Origin: a virus
Taxonomy: Duplodnaviria > Caudoviricetes
Direction: 5' to 3' (one strand)
Virus record (IMG/VR): IMGVR_UViG_3300022921_001344
Span: 413 to 64,412 of that record
Length of the DNA stretch: 64,000 bases
A model generated the notes under the pieces. The model was not told the origin of the DNA and ran no database searches. It saw nothing but the letters and a program-made list of their open reading frames with translations. The translations under genes were made by a program, and so were the position numbers. Shown here piece after piece: positions 9,959 through 19,418 of the stretch (position 1 is the stretch's first letter; each line of letters begins with the position of its first letter).

Positions 9959-11469
9959 GAATATTAGGTTTAAGTTTTGGATTTCATGATGCAGGAGTCT
10001 GTATGCTTGATAACGAAACCATAGAATTTGCAAGTCATAGTGAAAGATATAGTAAAATAAAAAACGATCCTTGGCTAAACCATGAAATAATTGCAGATGC
10101 TATTGCAGGCGGTAAACCTGATGTTATAGTCTTACATGAAAAAGCATGGGCCAAACGTGCAAGAAATATATATGCAGGTAATTGGTCGGCATTCAAGGAA
10201 CCTACACAAACAGAATGGATTAAAAAGTTTTATCCAGAACTAAAAGATATACCTATTGTAGATTATTGGCATCACGAAACACATGCGGCCGCAGGTGTAC
10301 TAACAAGCAAGTTTGATAATGCAACGGTAATGGTTATAGATGCTATAGGAGAATTTGATACTGCAACTATTTGGGATTGGAATTGTGGTATACTAGAAAA
10401 GAAAGATAGTGTAAAGTTTCCTAACAGTATAGGATTATTTTATAGTGCCATAACAGCTCTAGTTGGATTGAAACCAATGGAAGATGAATATATACTTATG
10501 GGCATGGCCGCATACGGTGAACCTAAGTATGCCAAATATTTAGAAAAAACTTTGTTTAAAAACAACACATTAAAAACAAGAAAAAATTTACAAAGAGGAT
10601 TACCAAAGAATTTTTTAAATAGAGATCAATACACTACAGTAGATGAATTTGGGCATACAAAAATAGACTACGATATAGCCGCAAGTGCTCAAAAAGTAGT
10701 AGAAGATAAAGTTATGGCATACGCCAGAAAAGCAAAAAAGATTGCAAAACACAAAAATTTAGTTTTTATGGGTGGTGTATCATTAAATTGTGTAGCAAAT
10801 AGTTTGTTACATAATCTTTTTGATAACATTTATATAATGCCTAACCCGGGTGACTGCGGAAGTAGTTTAGGGGCGGCGGCATTGTATCTGTATAACGAAA
10901 CAGGCAAGTTAGTTAATTGGCATGATCCATATTTAGGATATAATATAGAGGGTAAATATCCTATTGAAAAATCACTAGAAAGTTTAAGAGCGGGGGAAAT
11001 ATTTGGTATAGCGAATGGTAGAGCAGAATTTGGGCCTAGAGCATTAGGTAATAGGACATTGTGTTCCGATCCTAGAGGAAGTACAATTAAGGACAAAATG
11101 AATGTTATTAAAAAACGACAAAAGTTTAGACCATTTGCACCAATGATTTTAGAGGAGCATGTACACGAATATTTTGAAATGCCAGGAGGTATTTCACATG
11201 CACCTTACATGCAGTTTGTAGCAAAGTGCAAAAAGCCAGAAGAGTTTCCTGCCATTGTACATAAAGACGGAACAAGTCGAGTACAAACAGTTAGACGCAG
11301 TGAACACCCTGAATTACATAAATTATTAACTCTCTTTTACAAAGAAACTGGTTGCCCTATGCTTGTAAATACAAGTTTAAATATTAAGGGTCAACCTATA
11401 GTTAATGACGAAAAAGATGCAGAAACATTTGCAAAGCATTACGGAGTAAAAGTACATGTCAGAGATTAA
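9955..11469 (+). CDS. O-carbamoyltransferase (NodU/CmcH/TobZ family)
   Basis: HDAG, ERYSKIK, HHETHA, DAIGE, GGVSLNCVAN, EFGPRALGNR, FRPFAP, DGTSRVQTV, NTSLN. Confidence 0.95.
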   Translation: MRILGLSFGFHDAGVCMLDNETIEFASHSERYSKIKNDPWLNHEIIADAIAGGKPDVIVLHEKAWAKRARNIYAGNWSAFKEPTQTEWIKKFYPELKDIPIVDYWHHETHAAAGVLTSKFDNATVMVIDAIGEFDTATIWDWNCGILEKKDSVKFPNSIGLFYSAITALVGLKPMEDEYILMGMAAYGEPKYAKYLEKTLFKNNTLKTRKNLQRGLPKNFLNRDQYTTVDEFGHTKIDYDIAASAQKVVEDKVMAYARKAKKIAKHKNLVFMGGVSLNCVANSLLHNLFDNIYIMPNPGDCGSSLGAAALYLYNETGKLVNWHDPYLGYNIEGKYPIEKSLESLRAGEIFGIANGRAEFGPRALGNRTLCSDPRGSTIKDKMNVIKKRQKFRPFAPMILEEHVHEYFEMPGGISHAPYMQFVAKCKKPEEFPAIVHKDGTSRVQTVRRSEHPELHKLLTLFYKETGCPMLVNTSLNIKGQPIVNDEKDAETFAKHYGVKVHVRD

Positions 11470-11653
11470 TTGGCATAATATACAACGCAAACTAGAAGGC
11501 AGATGTCACATGTGCGGTGGTGAATTACCTGATCATAGAGGCGTATGTCCTGTGTACGGAGAAGAACTTAAGAAAAGATATGACTCCTTAAATGAATCTG
11601 TAAAAAAAATAAGTGATATAGCACAAGATATAATAAAGAAGCATAATGTTTGA
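11456..11653 (+). CDS. Small putative Zn-binding protein
   Basis: CxxC...HxxxC; overlaps both neighbours. Confidence 0.6.
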   Translation: MSEINWHNIQRKLEGRCHMCGGELPDHRGVCPVYGEELKKRYDSLNESVKKISDIAQDIIKKHNV

Positions 11654-14600
11654 TATATTCTATATAGGCAAAAACGAAACATTAGAGAAAGATTTTCCTT
11701 TCGCTAAACAAGTACCGAGCCATGAAGATATAAATCCTATTACAAAGATGTATTGGGTGGTGGAACCTAATATAGAAGTAATAGATTCAGAAGTTTTTAA
11801 TTATAGACCTGAAAGTTTTGATATGGAATATAAACATATATGGAAATGGGACGATCAAAATTATGGTGGTATATCATTAATACCAAAAAATAAAACAGAA
11901 GGTATAAAAGAAATTAATAAAGTAGTTTGTAAAAAATCTTTTACAAAATTAAATACTAAGACACCAGGAAAATACTTTGAAAATAACCCCTACGCAACCC
12001 ATGTTTGGTGTATTGATCCTGAATACAAATTGCCTGAGGATTTAAATTGGGCACCTAACAATTTTGAACCTAACTTTATACATAGTTTTCATTTAAGAGG
12101 ACAATTAGAGCATAAGTATCCTGCAGAAGAAGGAGGTATCAAACTTTATCCTAGAAACTGGAAAGAATGCGATACAAAATATCATAATTTTTTAAATGCA
12201 AGTGCAACATATCCTGTATTTTATGTTAAAGATGTAGAAGATTATTCTCAACGTAAAATATTTACAGATGATTATGTGTGGCTTATTGATTCACAATATA
12301 AGATAAACGCAGGTACTCTAGATTGGGTTCCAAATCCTTTTGAGGACACAATGATACATGTATTTAAAATGCCATATCAATTACAAGAAAAATATCCTAT
12401 GGCAATGGGCGGTATAAGACTCGTACCTAAAAAATGGCATGAAGCAGAAACAAAAATACATCCTGCTTGTCCTGTAGAAGATGAAAGTTATGACGTATTC
12501 TATGTAGATGAAGATGAGTTTACGGCTGAATCATATACAGAATGTGCCGAACGTAGTAAAACAGATTGGTTCTGGGTAGTAGACAGAGAGTTTCAATTTA
12601 ACGGAAAACTATTATATGTACCTGCTATACACGAAAGAGATTATATACATGTATTTAAGGTCCCGGGACATTTAGAAGAAAGATATCCACCCGATTATAC
12701 AGACGCATGGGATAATCGATGTGGCGGTATTAGACTTGTACATAAAGAGTTTGATTTCACTAAACACAAATATCAAAAAGATATTGTGCCTGTTAGGTAT
12801 GATATTTTTTATACAGATAATATAAATGATTATGAATCAGCGGCTAGAAAGAGTAGAACAAAAATGTTTTGGTTAGTTGACAACGAGCACGAACTAAATG
12901 ATGTTTTTAAATATGTTCCTGCTAAGTACGATCAAAAAACAATACAAGTATTTAAAATACCTAACCAGTTAGAACATAAGTATCCAAAAAGTATTACTAA
13001 CATAAGCGACAATAGATGTGGTGGTGTTAAGTTAGTACCTAAAGCATATAATACTGACAGCATTAAATATGTTGCTACTAATCCTACTAGCGATAGAAGT
13101 TACCCAGTTATTAAAGTTGATAACGTTGACGAGTATACAGAAGTATTTCAAGACTGTTGGATTGTTGACCGTGAGTACGAAATAAATCAAAAGATTGAAT
13201 GGGCACCACCATTGTTTCAACAAAATTGCATTCATACATTTCATGTTGGAGATCAACTAAGACATAAGTATCCTGAAAGCATAGGTGGACTTAGATGGGT
13301 ACCAGTAGATTGGAGTGGCGACATAGTCATACATGCAGAAATGCTAAATGCTATACCAGAGTATCCTATTTACTTTGTAGATGACCCCTCAATAAATCCT
13401 AAAAAAGATCACAGTTGTTGGGTAGCAGATAAATCATACCGCTTAGATGAAAGTATAAAATGGGCACCAAGTTCCTTTGACATAGACAAAGTTCATGTTT
13501 TTCATGTACACAATCAATTAACAAACAAATATCCAGAAGAAATGGGAGGCTTATATTGGTATCCTGATAGCAGTACAGAAGAATTAAAAATACATAAAGA
13601 ACCTTTAGTTATAAATGCCAAAACATTCCCGGTATATAGAGTAAGTAATCCAAGTGACTATAACGATATTACAGAAGATTGCTGGTTAGTGGACGAAGAG
13701 TATGTGTTAGATGATAATGATTTTAAATTTATTCCATGGCAGAACGAAAACGAAAAAGACCAAATACATGTTTATCAAGTTAGCGGACAGTTAGAGCATA
13801 AGTATCCAGATGAGATGGGAGGTATATATTGGGTACCTGCTAATCATAAAGATAGCAAATTAAATATTCATAACACAACACCATTTGGAGAACAACTTAC
13901 ATTTCCTGTGTTTGAATCTGAAGAGCAAGGCCGTATAAAAACTTCAACTAGTTGGTTTTGGGTTATAGATCCAGATGTAAATGTACTTGAAACTTTTGAT
14001 TTTAGGTTTGTACCTAAAATTTGGGATAATGGAAAAACACATGTATGGCAAAAACTAAATCCAATTACGGGTAGGCAGTACGATTACGGTGGTGTAATGT
14101 TATGTCCTAAAGTAGCACAGACAAAGGGTAGACCGAAATATATTAGGGAACCTGCATGTACACAAAAAGAATATCCAGTGTATAAGTTACAGGCAGATGA
14201 CTATAAAGACGGCTTACAGAAGGTCTATGAGCGTCTAGCAGGGGATTGTGCAACAGATATGTATTGGATTGTAGATGCTTACACCCAAATAGATCAAGAT
14301 TTTAAATTTGATTATTATCCAACACAATGGGATAAAAAGAACGTTCATATATGGCAAAACGAGGATGGAGAATTTAGAAATATTAGATTAGTACCTAAAG
14401 AAACATTTTTAGATAGACAATATACTGATAAAGAGATTGCTAACAATAGTTTTGAACATCTAAAATTAATAAATACTATAGCAAGCCTTAAGCCTAAATG
14501 GCCAGTTATCCACTTGCAGAGTTTAGAACGCAAAGAGTTTATAAACGCGATAAAGGACATAGAAACCCCCTTTGTTTGGACTGTAGACCCAGATGTCAAA

Positions 14601-15488
14601 GTGGAACAAGACGTGCTTGACCGTGGATTCATGCCTTTGATTACTGACGTAAACAAAATTCATACATGGCAGAAAATAAATTCCAGAACAAAAAAAGTTC
14701 ATGCATACGGCGGCTTAAGATTATGGCCCACTAATTTAGACCTTGATAATATAAAATCTGACGATCTTAAATTTAATAGATTTAAAAATTTACAATATGT
14801 AAAATCCCCAGGCTCTATTACTAATGAATATGATATTGTGTTTTTATCATATAAAGAAAAGGGTGCAGAAGAACGATATAATAATTTAAAAGAAAAATAC
14901 AATATTATATGGATTAAAGACATAGAGGGAATCTTTAATGCACATAAGAAAGCATCTGAAGAAGTAAATAGTAGTATGTTCTGGGTCGTAGATGCTGATG
15001 CAGATATAGTTGACGACTTTGATTTTTCCTATATACCTGATGTATATGATGAAGAAGTTGTACATGTATGGGGAAGTAAAAATCCAGTCAATAATTTAGA
15101 ATATGGTTATGGAGGAGTAAAACTGTTTCCAACTAATATGGTTAGAGAAGCAGACACTTGGGGTATTGATTTTACAACTGGTTTGAGTAGTAGGTTTAAA
15201 TCTATGCCTCAAATCAGTTGTATTACAAACTTTAATGTTGACGAATTTAGTACATGGCGTAGTGCGTTCAGAGAATGTGTAAAATTAACATTAAATAATG
15301 ACGAAGAAAGTAATCAAAGATTAGAGGCTTGGTTAAAATGTGATACTGAAGCACAATTTGTAGAATATGCAAGAAAAGGTGCTGAAGAAGGCAATAAATA
15401 TGCCAAAGAAAATATTAACAACATAGAAAATTTAAATAAAATAAACGACTTTAAATGGTTAAATGAGCAATATAATAAATCTAAATAG
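11646..15488 (+). CDS. 1280-aa protein of about 12 tandem glycosyltransferase-like modules
   Basis: Repeated W(V/L)(V/I)D...P...H.F/W...GG(I/V).L.P units. The last unit has FWVVDADA (DxD) and an extra C-terminal domain. Confidence 0.7.
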   Translation: MFDIFYIGKNETLEKDFPFAKQVPSHEDINPITKMYWVVEPNIEVIDSEVFNYRPESFDMEYKHIWKWDDQNYGGISLIPKNKTEGIKEINKVVCKKSFTKLNTKTPGKYFENNPYATHVWCIDPEYKLPEDLNWAPNNFEPNFIHSFHLRGQLEHKYPAEEGGIKLYPRNWKECDTKYHNFLNASATYPVFYVKDVEDYSQRKIFTDDYVWLIDSQYKINAGTLDWVPNPFEDTMIHVFKMPYQLQEKYPMAMGGIRLVPKKWHEAETKIHPACPVEDESYDVFYVDEDEFTAESYTECAERSKTDWFWVVDREFQFNGKLLYVPAIHERDYIHVFKVPGHLEERYPPDYTDAWDNRCGGIRLVHKEFDFTKHKYQKDIVPVRYDIFYTDNINDYESAARKSRTKMFWLVDNEHELNDVFKYVPAKYDQKTIQVFKIPNQLEHKYPKSITNISDNRCGGVKLVPKAYNTDSIKYVATNPTSDRSYPVIKVDNVDEYTEVFQDCWIVDREYEINQKIEWAPPLFQQNCIHTFHVGDQLRHKYPESIGGLRWVPVDWSGDIVIHAEMLNAIPEYPIYFVDDPSINPKKDHSCWVADKSYRLDESIKWAPSSFDIDKVHVFHVHNQLTNKYPEEMGGLYWYPDSSTEELKIHKEPLVINAKTFPVYRVSNPSDYNDITEDCWLVDEEYVLDDNDFKFIPWQNENEKDQIHVYQVSGQLEHKYPDEMGGIYWVPANHKDSKLNIHNTTPFGEQLTFPVFESEEQGRIKTSTSWFWVIDPDVNVLETFDFRFVPKIWDNGKTHVWQKLNPITGRQYDYGGVMLCPKVAQTKGRPKYIREPACTQKEYPVYKLQADDYKDGLQKVYERLAGDCATDMYWIVDAYTQIDQDFKFDYYPTQWDKKNVHIWQNEDGEFRNIRLVPKETFLDRQYTDKEIANNSFEHLKLINTIASLKPKWPVIHLQSLERKEFINAIKDIETPFVWTVDPDVKVEQDVLDRGFMPLITDVNKIHTWQKINSRTKKVHAYGGLRLWPTNLDLDNIKSDDLKFNRFKNLQYVKSPGSITNEYDIVFLSYKEKGAEERYNNLKEKYNIIWIKDIEGIFNAHKKASEEVNSSMFWVVDADADIVDDFDFSYIPDVYDEEVVHVWGSKNPVNNLEYGYGGVKLFPTNMVREADTWGIDFTTGLSSRFKSMPQISCITNFNVDEFSTWRSAFRECVKLTLNNDEESNQRLEAWLKCDTEAQFVEYARKGAEEGNKYAKENINNIENLNKINDFKWLNEQYNKSK

Positions 15489-16143
15489 TTGGAAGGAAGT
15501 TACAGAATATATTGATAAAGGATTCTGGAAACCTACACCTAGTTATTTTGAACATATAGTCCAGCATGGAAACTATTATCCTGCACACGCATTTAGCAAA
15601 GGACAGTTAGCAAGTAAAAGTTGGTTATTAAACGAACTTTATCACACATATCCTAAAATTCCTAATGTTAATGTAGCAATATTAGGTAGTTGGATAGGTG
15701 CATTAGTTGAACCATTACATCAAAATTTCAATATAGAAAGAATATATGGAATAGATACAGATGCAGAAGCAATAGAAAAATCAGAAAAATTAAATCAACC
15801 TTTTGTACAAGACAGTTGGAAATATAAAGGGATAGTAGCAGATGTAGACATGTTAGATTGCAGTAATATGGAGTTTGAAACGAGTGGAGAACTAATTAAT
15901 GTAAAACCTGATTGGATAATAAACACTAGTTGTGAGCATATGAGTACAGGTTGGTTCGATACTGTGGATTCAGATCAATTAATTATAATGCAAACTAACG
16001 ATTCTCCAGATTTCGAGGGTCACATAAACCCTGTGGCAAGTTTAAAAGACATGGAACTACTCTATCCACTTAGTAATTCAATGTTTTCTGGCCAATTAAA
16101 GACACCTGCATACACTCGTTTTATGCAAATAGGATACAAATAA
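15463..16143 (+). CDS. Class I SAM-dependent methyltransferase-like protein
   Basis: VAILGSWIG motif I, IYGIDTD acidic motif II, WIINTSCEHM. Confidence 0.7.
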   Translation: MSNIINLNSWKEVTEYIDKGFWKPTPSYFEHIVQHGNYYPAHAFSKGQLASKSWLLNELYHTYPKIPNVNVAILGSWIGALVEPLHQNFNIERIYGIDTDAEAIEKSEKLNQPFVQDSWKYKGIVADVDMLDCSNMEFETSGELINVKPDWIINTSCEHMSTGWFDTVDSDQLIIMQTNDSPDFEGHINPVASLKDMELLYPLSNSMFSGQLKTPAYTRFMQIGYK

Positions 16144-18579
16144 TTACAACCTTATATTAAATCCTAATTCGTAAGAATTCATATTATTAGAATTGATCTT
16201 AGCAGAAAAATATAAAAAATTATATCTATGTGTTAAACTAAAACTGGTTACTACCTCATCTCTATTATAATCATATTTTAAAATATCAGCAAATGTAGTT
16301 GTAGTATCATCAAATGTATTATAATAGTCTGCACCAGCAGTAAAAAGTGTTTGTCCTAATTTAGATTTATACAAATAGTTTATATCAGTAAAAACACTAA
16401 ATGTATTCATTGTAAAGTCGTGTACATGAACATTGTATTGGCTACCGTTTTCCTTAAAATCTTTTATAGTTGTAAAGCCTAAAGATGCCCCACTCCTATT
16501 AAAAAATCCGTTTTCAAACTGATATCTATACTCAGTAAATGTTAAAAGTGCAGAATAATCTATATCTGCATAGCCGGTTCCATACCACTTAGTTTTGTTA
16601 TGCCCTTTTACTGTATTATTGATATAAGTTACACCTACATGCATATCACCTAGATCATAATCTATATTAATAAATCCACCTTCAGAATTACCACTGCTTT
16701 TACCTATTGTAACTCCATATTTGTCGCCACTATGCGAATACCCTGTAATTTCCGAGTCTTCAAATTTATTATAAAACAAATTAGTTCCTGTAGTTTGCTT
16801 ACGTAGGTCCTTATAGCGAATAAGATCGTCATAGACAGCATCTATGTGTCCCTTAGGCTTAGTGACTATATCTTGTTGCATTTCAGCAAAAGGGGGATCT
16901 AGTACTTGAAAGAATGTTAATGTTCTACTAGGTATACCATTTACATCTTGTTCACTCCAATTATATCCTATAAAATCATACCAATATTTTCCATCGATTT
17001 CCACAGGGAAATAGGACATTCCTTTATTACCAAATTTAGGAAAGTCATCGTAAAGCCTAAATGTACCATTGTCATTAAGTAGTACATATGTATCCATACT
17101 AGTATCAACAATATCAAGATCTCCGTCGTGATCAAAATCCACAATAACTATATCTCCCTCTCCGTTCCATAAATTAGGATTAGTAATTCCTCCATCAGCA
17201 TACTTTGTAGTTCCATACGTAGATGTCATATCTGTAAAAGATGTGCCACCATTGTTTTTAAAGAACTGTATCATTCTACCTTTATAATAAGGGTCGTGCC
17301 TTGTAGTTGCTAAAACAATATCTATATAGCCATCACCGTCAAAATCAAATGCCTGCATATCATTGGCATTTCCGTTTTCACCAAAATAGTTATCTGGTAA
17401 TTCTACCCATGCTCTATTACTCCAGTCATTATTACCGTCGTTAAAAAATACAGCACCAGCACTATTTTCGTATGTTTCTCCAAATCCATATTCTCTGGCT
17501 AGTGCAGGATTAAACCAACCAACTGCAACATCACCATGCCCATCGTTATCAAAATCAGCAACAGTGGCAGTGGTTGGCCAAAATATTTCAGACTGTCCTA
17601 CTTCATAGGGTTCAGGTATTCTATAAAAATTTTGATTTGCTGTAAAGTTTCCATTGCCGTCATTTATTAACATAGTCCATGGAATCCTGTTATTATCCCA
17701 ATCGTAATCAAAAACCGGTAAAAATATATCAACATCACCGTCGCCTTCAGCATCTCCTATTGCAGTATCATGAAAAAACAGTCTGCCTAATTCTTCGTTA
17801 AAAAATAGATCGTTAGGTAAATTACTGTGACTTACATTTACTATTTTACCATTATCAGATAACATTAATGAAGAACCTAAGAATAAATCAGTAATTCCAT
17901 CGCCGTTAAAATCTGCGGCTTGACCTCCTCTATGAGAATCAGTCCAAGCACAATCACTATATGGATTACCCTGATTATCCCTAGTATGCTCTGTGGCACT
18001 AGAAGAACCTCCATATAAACAAGTAGAGCCCTCAAAAATATCATTAGATAAAATAAAATGCCCATTGCCATCATTAATAAATGCCATTAAATTAGATTCT
18101 GGAACATATTCTGTATCACCATTAAAGTAAGGCATAATGTAAAAATCCATCATACCATCACCATTTAAATCAGCCTCCCATAGGTAACTATGAGATGTAA
18201 AATGTCTTGATTGAACTTCTTCATCACCACAAGTTTCGTTAGGGCACCCATCATGATTACCTGTAATTGTTACTTCAAAAAATCCATAATCTGCAATTTT
18301 AAATTTTTCTGTTGGTGCTGGTAGTCCTGTTGTTGTATAAGGTGTCATACCATATGAAACTGTAATCTCATCACTGTAACCATCAATATTAGGATAATAT
18401 GTAAAAGAAAACTCATCAAAAGGTATTCTTTCATCTGTTGGTGTGGTTGAACCCCCACCATTACTTGGAGGTGGAGTAGGTGTTGCTGTAACTCCTGCAC
18501 TTCCGCCACCACTTGCACAACTGGTTATAGCAAATATTACTACACCAATTAAAAATAAATCAACTAATTTCTTTAACAT
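16144..18579 (-). CDS. Lipoprotein with FG-GAP/VCBS Ca-binding repeats and probable C-terminal outer-membrane beta-barrel
   Basis: Likely start at 18579 (AGGGGGA RBS). Signal peptide with ITSC lipobox, Gly/Pro linker, DLNGDG/DFNGDG/DFDNDG/DFDGDG/DFDHDGD repeats, and an amphipathic beta C-terminus ending YELGFNIRL. Confidence 0.7.
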   Translation of the reverse strand: MLKKLVDLFLIGVVIFAITSCASGGGSAGVTATPTPPPSNGGGSTTPTDERIPFDEFSFTYYPNIDGYSDEITVSYGMTPYTTTGLPAPTEKFKIADYGFFEVTITGNHDGCPNETCGDEEVQSRHFTSHSYLWEADLNGDGMMDFYIMPYFNGDTEYVPESNLMAFINDGNGHFILSNDIFEGSTCLYGGSSSATEHTRDNQGNPYSDCAWTDSHRGGQAADFNGDGITDLFLGSSLMLSDNGKIVNVSHSNLPNDLFFNEELGRLFFHDTAIGDAEGDGDVDIFLPVFDYDWDNNRIPWTMLINDGNGNFTANQNFYRIPEPYEVGQSEIFWPTTATVADFDNDGHGDVAVGWFNPALAREYGFGETYENSAGAVFFNDGNNDWSNRAWVELPDNYFGENGNANDMQAFDFDGDGYIDIVLATTRHDPYYKGRMIQFFKNNGGTSFTDMTSTYGTTKYADGGITNPNLWNGEGDIVIVDFDHDGDLDIVDTSMDTYVLLNDNGTFRLYDDFPKFGNKGMSYFPVEIDGKYWYDFIGYNWSEQDVNGIPSRTLTFFQVLDPPFAEMQQDIVTKPKGHIDAVYDDLIRYKDLRKQTTGTNLFYNKFEDSEITGYSHSGDKYGVTIGKSSGNSEGGFINIDYDLGDMHVGVTYINNTVKGHNKTKWYGTGYADIDYSALLTFTEYRYQFENGFFNRSGASLGFTTIKDFKENGSQYNVHVHDFTMNTFSVFTDINYLYKSKLGQTLFTAGADYYNTFDDTTTTFADILKYDYNRDEVVTSFSLTHRYNFLYFSAKINSNNMNSYELGFNIRL

Positions 18580-18865
18580 GTTTACAATTCCCCCTAAATG
18601 TATATCCTGGACAACTACACTTACCATCTTCTATGGTATATGTATTGCCGTTTGAGCCTTTTACAATTACAACATCAGAAGACAATTCTTCTGGACGTTC
18701 ACCTATTTTAGTAAACTTACGTCTTGCTTTTGAAAACTGTTTTATTGGATTTTTAAATACTTTATCATTATACTGAACAAGTTGCCCTGCACTATTAACA
18801 TGGTATACACCATTAGCAACTGGGTATTTGCCCCAATCAGTTATTTCCTGTAGTATCTCTATCAT
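18560..18865 (-). CDS. SWIM zinc-finger protein
   Basis: GSNGNTYTI...CSCPG....CKH. Confidence 0.8.
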   Translation of the reverse strand: MIEILQEITDWGKYPVANGVYHVNSAGQLVQYNDKVFKNPIKQFSKARRKFTKIGERPEELSSDVVIVKGSNGNTYTIEDGKCSCPGYTFRGNCKHVKEIS

Positions 18866-18895
18866 AAATTACTCCTTACCTTAATTTATATAACT

Positions 18896-18923
18896 ATTAT
18901 AGCAAAAAATGATAATTTGTCAA
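18896..18923 (-). promoter_or_regulatory. Sigma70-type early promoter
   Basis: TTGACA-16 nt-TATAAT with TGn extension. Confidence 0.75.
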
Positions 18924-18933
18924 CCTTAAAAGA

Positions 18934-18963
18934 TAAAAAAAGGGCGCCTAAACACCCTTTTTC
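18934..18963 (-). terminator. Intrinsic terminator
   Basis: AAAGGGCG/CACCCTTT hairpin flanked by A/T tracts, downstream of the gene at 18979-19236. Confidence 0.65.
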
Positions 18964-18978
18964 TAACATAAGTTAAAC

Positions 18979-19236
18979 TTATGAAGTAGCCAATGCTTTA
19001 TAACCAGCGGCAATAACAGCTCTAGAAGGTGTACCTAATCTGTACACATTTCTGCTTCTGTTTTTAGTGTCAGTCACTGTGTTCAAATAGATTGGAAATC
19101 CTTTGAATCTTAGTGATTGAATCACTGCTTGTGGATTACCAGCACCAAATTGTGCTCTAATTTGAGCTGAACTTAAAGTTCTGCCTGATTGTAGTGCTGT
19201 AAGCACTTTCATTTCTTTAGTTGTTGAAGTAGTCAT
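18979..19236 (-). CDS. Small winged-helix-like DNA-binding protein
   Basis: KVLTALQSG..LSSAQI...FG..NP.AVI..LR..G wHTH-like pattern; GGAGG RBS; own promoter and terminator. Confidence 0.65.
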   Translation of the reverse strand: MTTSTTKEMKVLTALQSGRTLSSAQIRAQFGAGNPQAVIQSLRFKGFPIYLNTVTDTKNRSRNVYRLGTPSRAVIAAGYKALATS

Positions 19237-19291
19237 ATGACCTCCTATTTTTCTTCATTAAACAAAGCACTATTTTCATAGTATTAAATAC

Positions 19292-19319
19292 ATTATACAT
19301 TCTTTTTACTTTTTGTCAA
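19292..19319 (-). promoter_or_regulatory. Sigma70-type early promoter
   Basis: TTGACA-16 nt-TATAAT. Confidence 0.75.
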
Positions 19320-19331
19320 CCTTTATATAAG

Positions 19332-19358
19332 AAAAAAGTGCCCTGTTTCCAGGGCACT
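19332..19358 (-). terminator. Intrinsic terminator after the MoxR gene
   Basis: 9-bp stem AGTGCCCTG/CAGGGCACT with GAAA loop, followed by a U-tract on the minus strand. Confidence 0.8.
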
Positions 19359-19360
19359 CA

Positions 19361-19407
19361 CCTTGTGCGTTCTTTAGGTAGGGAGTAACATAGGTAGGCG
19401 CACAAGG
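19361..19407 (-). ncRNA. Candidate 3'-UTR-derived sRNA hairpin with anti-RBS loop
   Basis: Perfect 9-bp stem CCTTGTGCG/CGCACAAGG enclosing a 29-nt loop containing GUUACUCCCUACCU. Confidence 0.45.
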
Positions 19408-19418
19408 ATTTTTAACTA

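Noticed and set aside
9836-11469. Saxitoxin-type or other toxin biosynthesis
   Set aside because: Only the carbamoyltransferase and a PFIY peptide resemble it; no core toxin genes are present.
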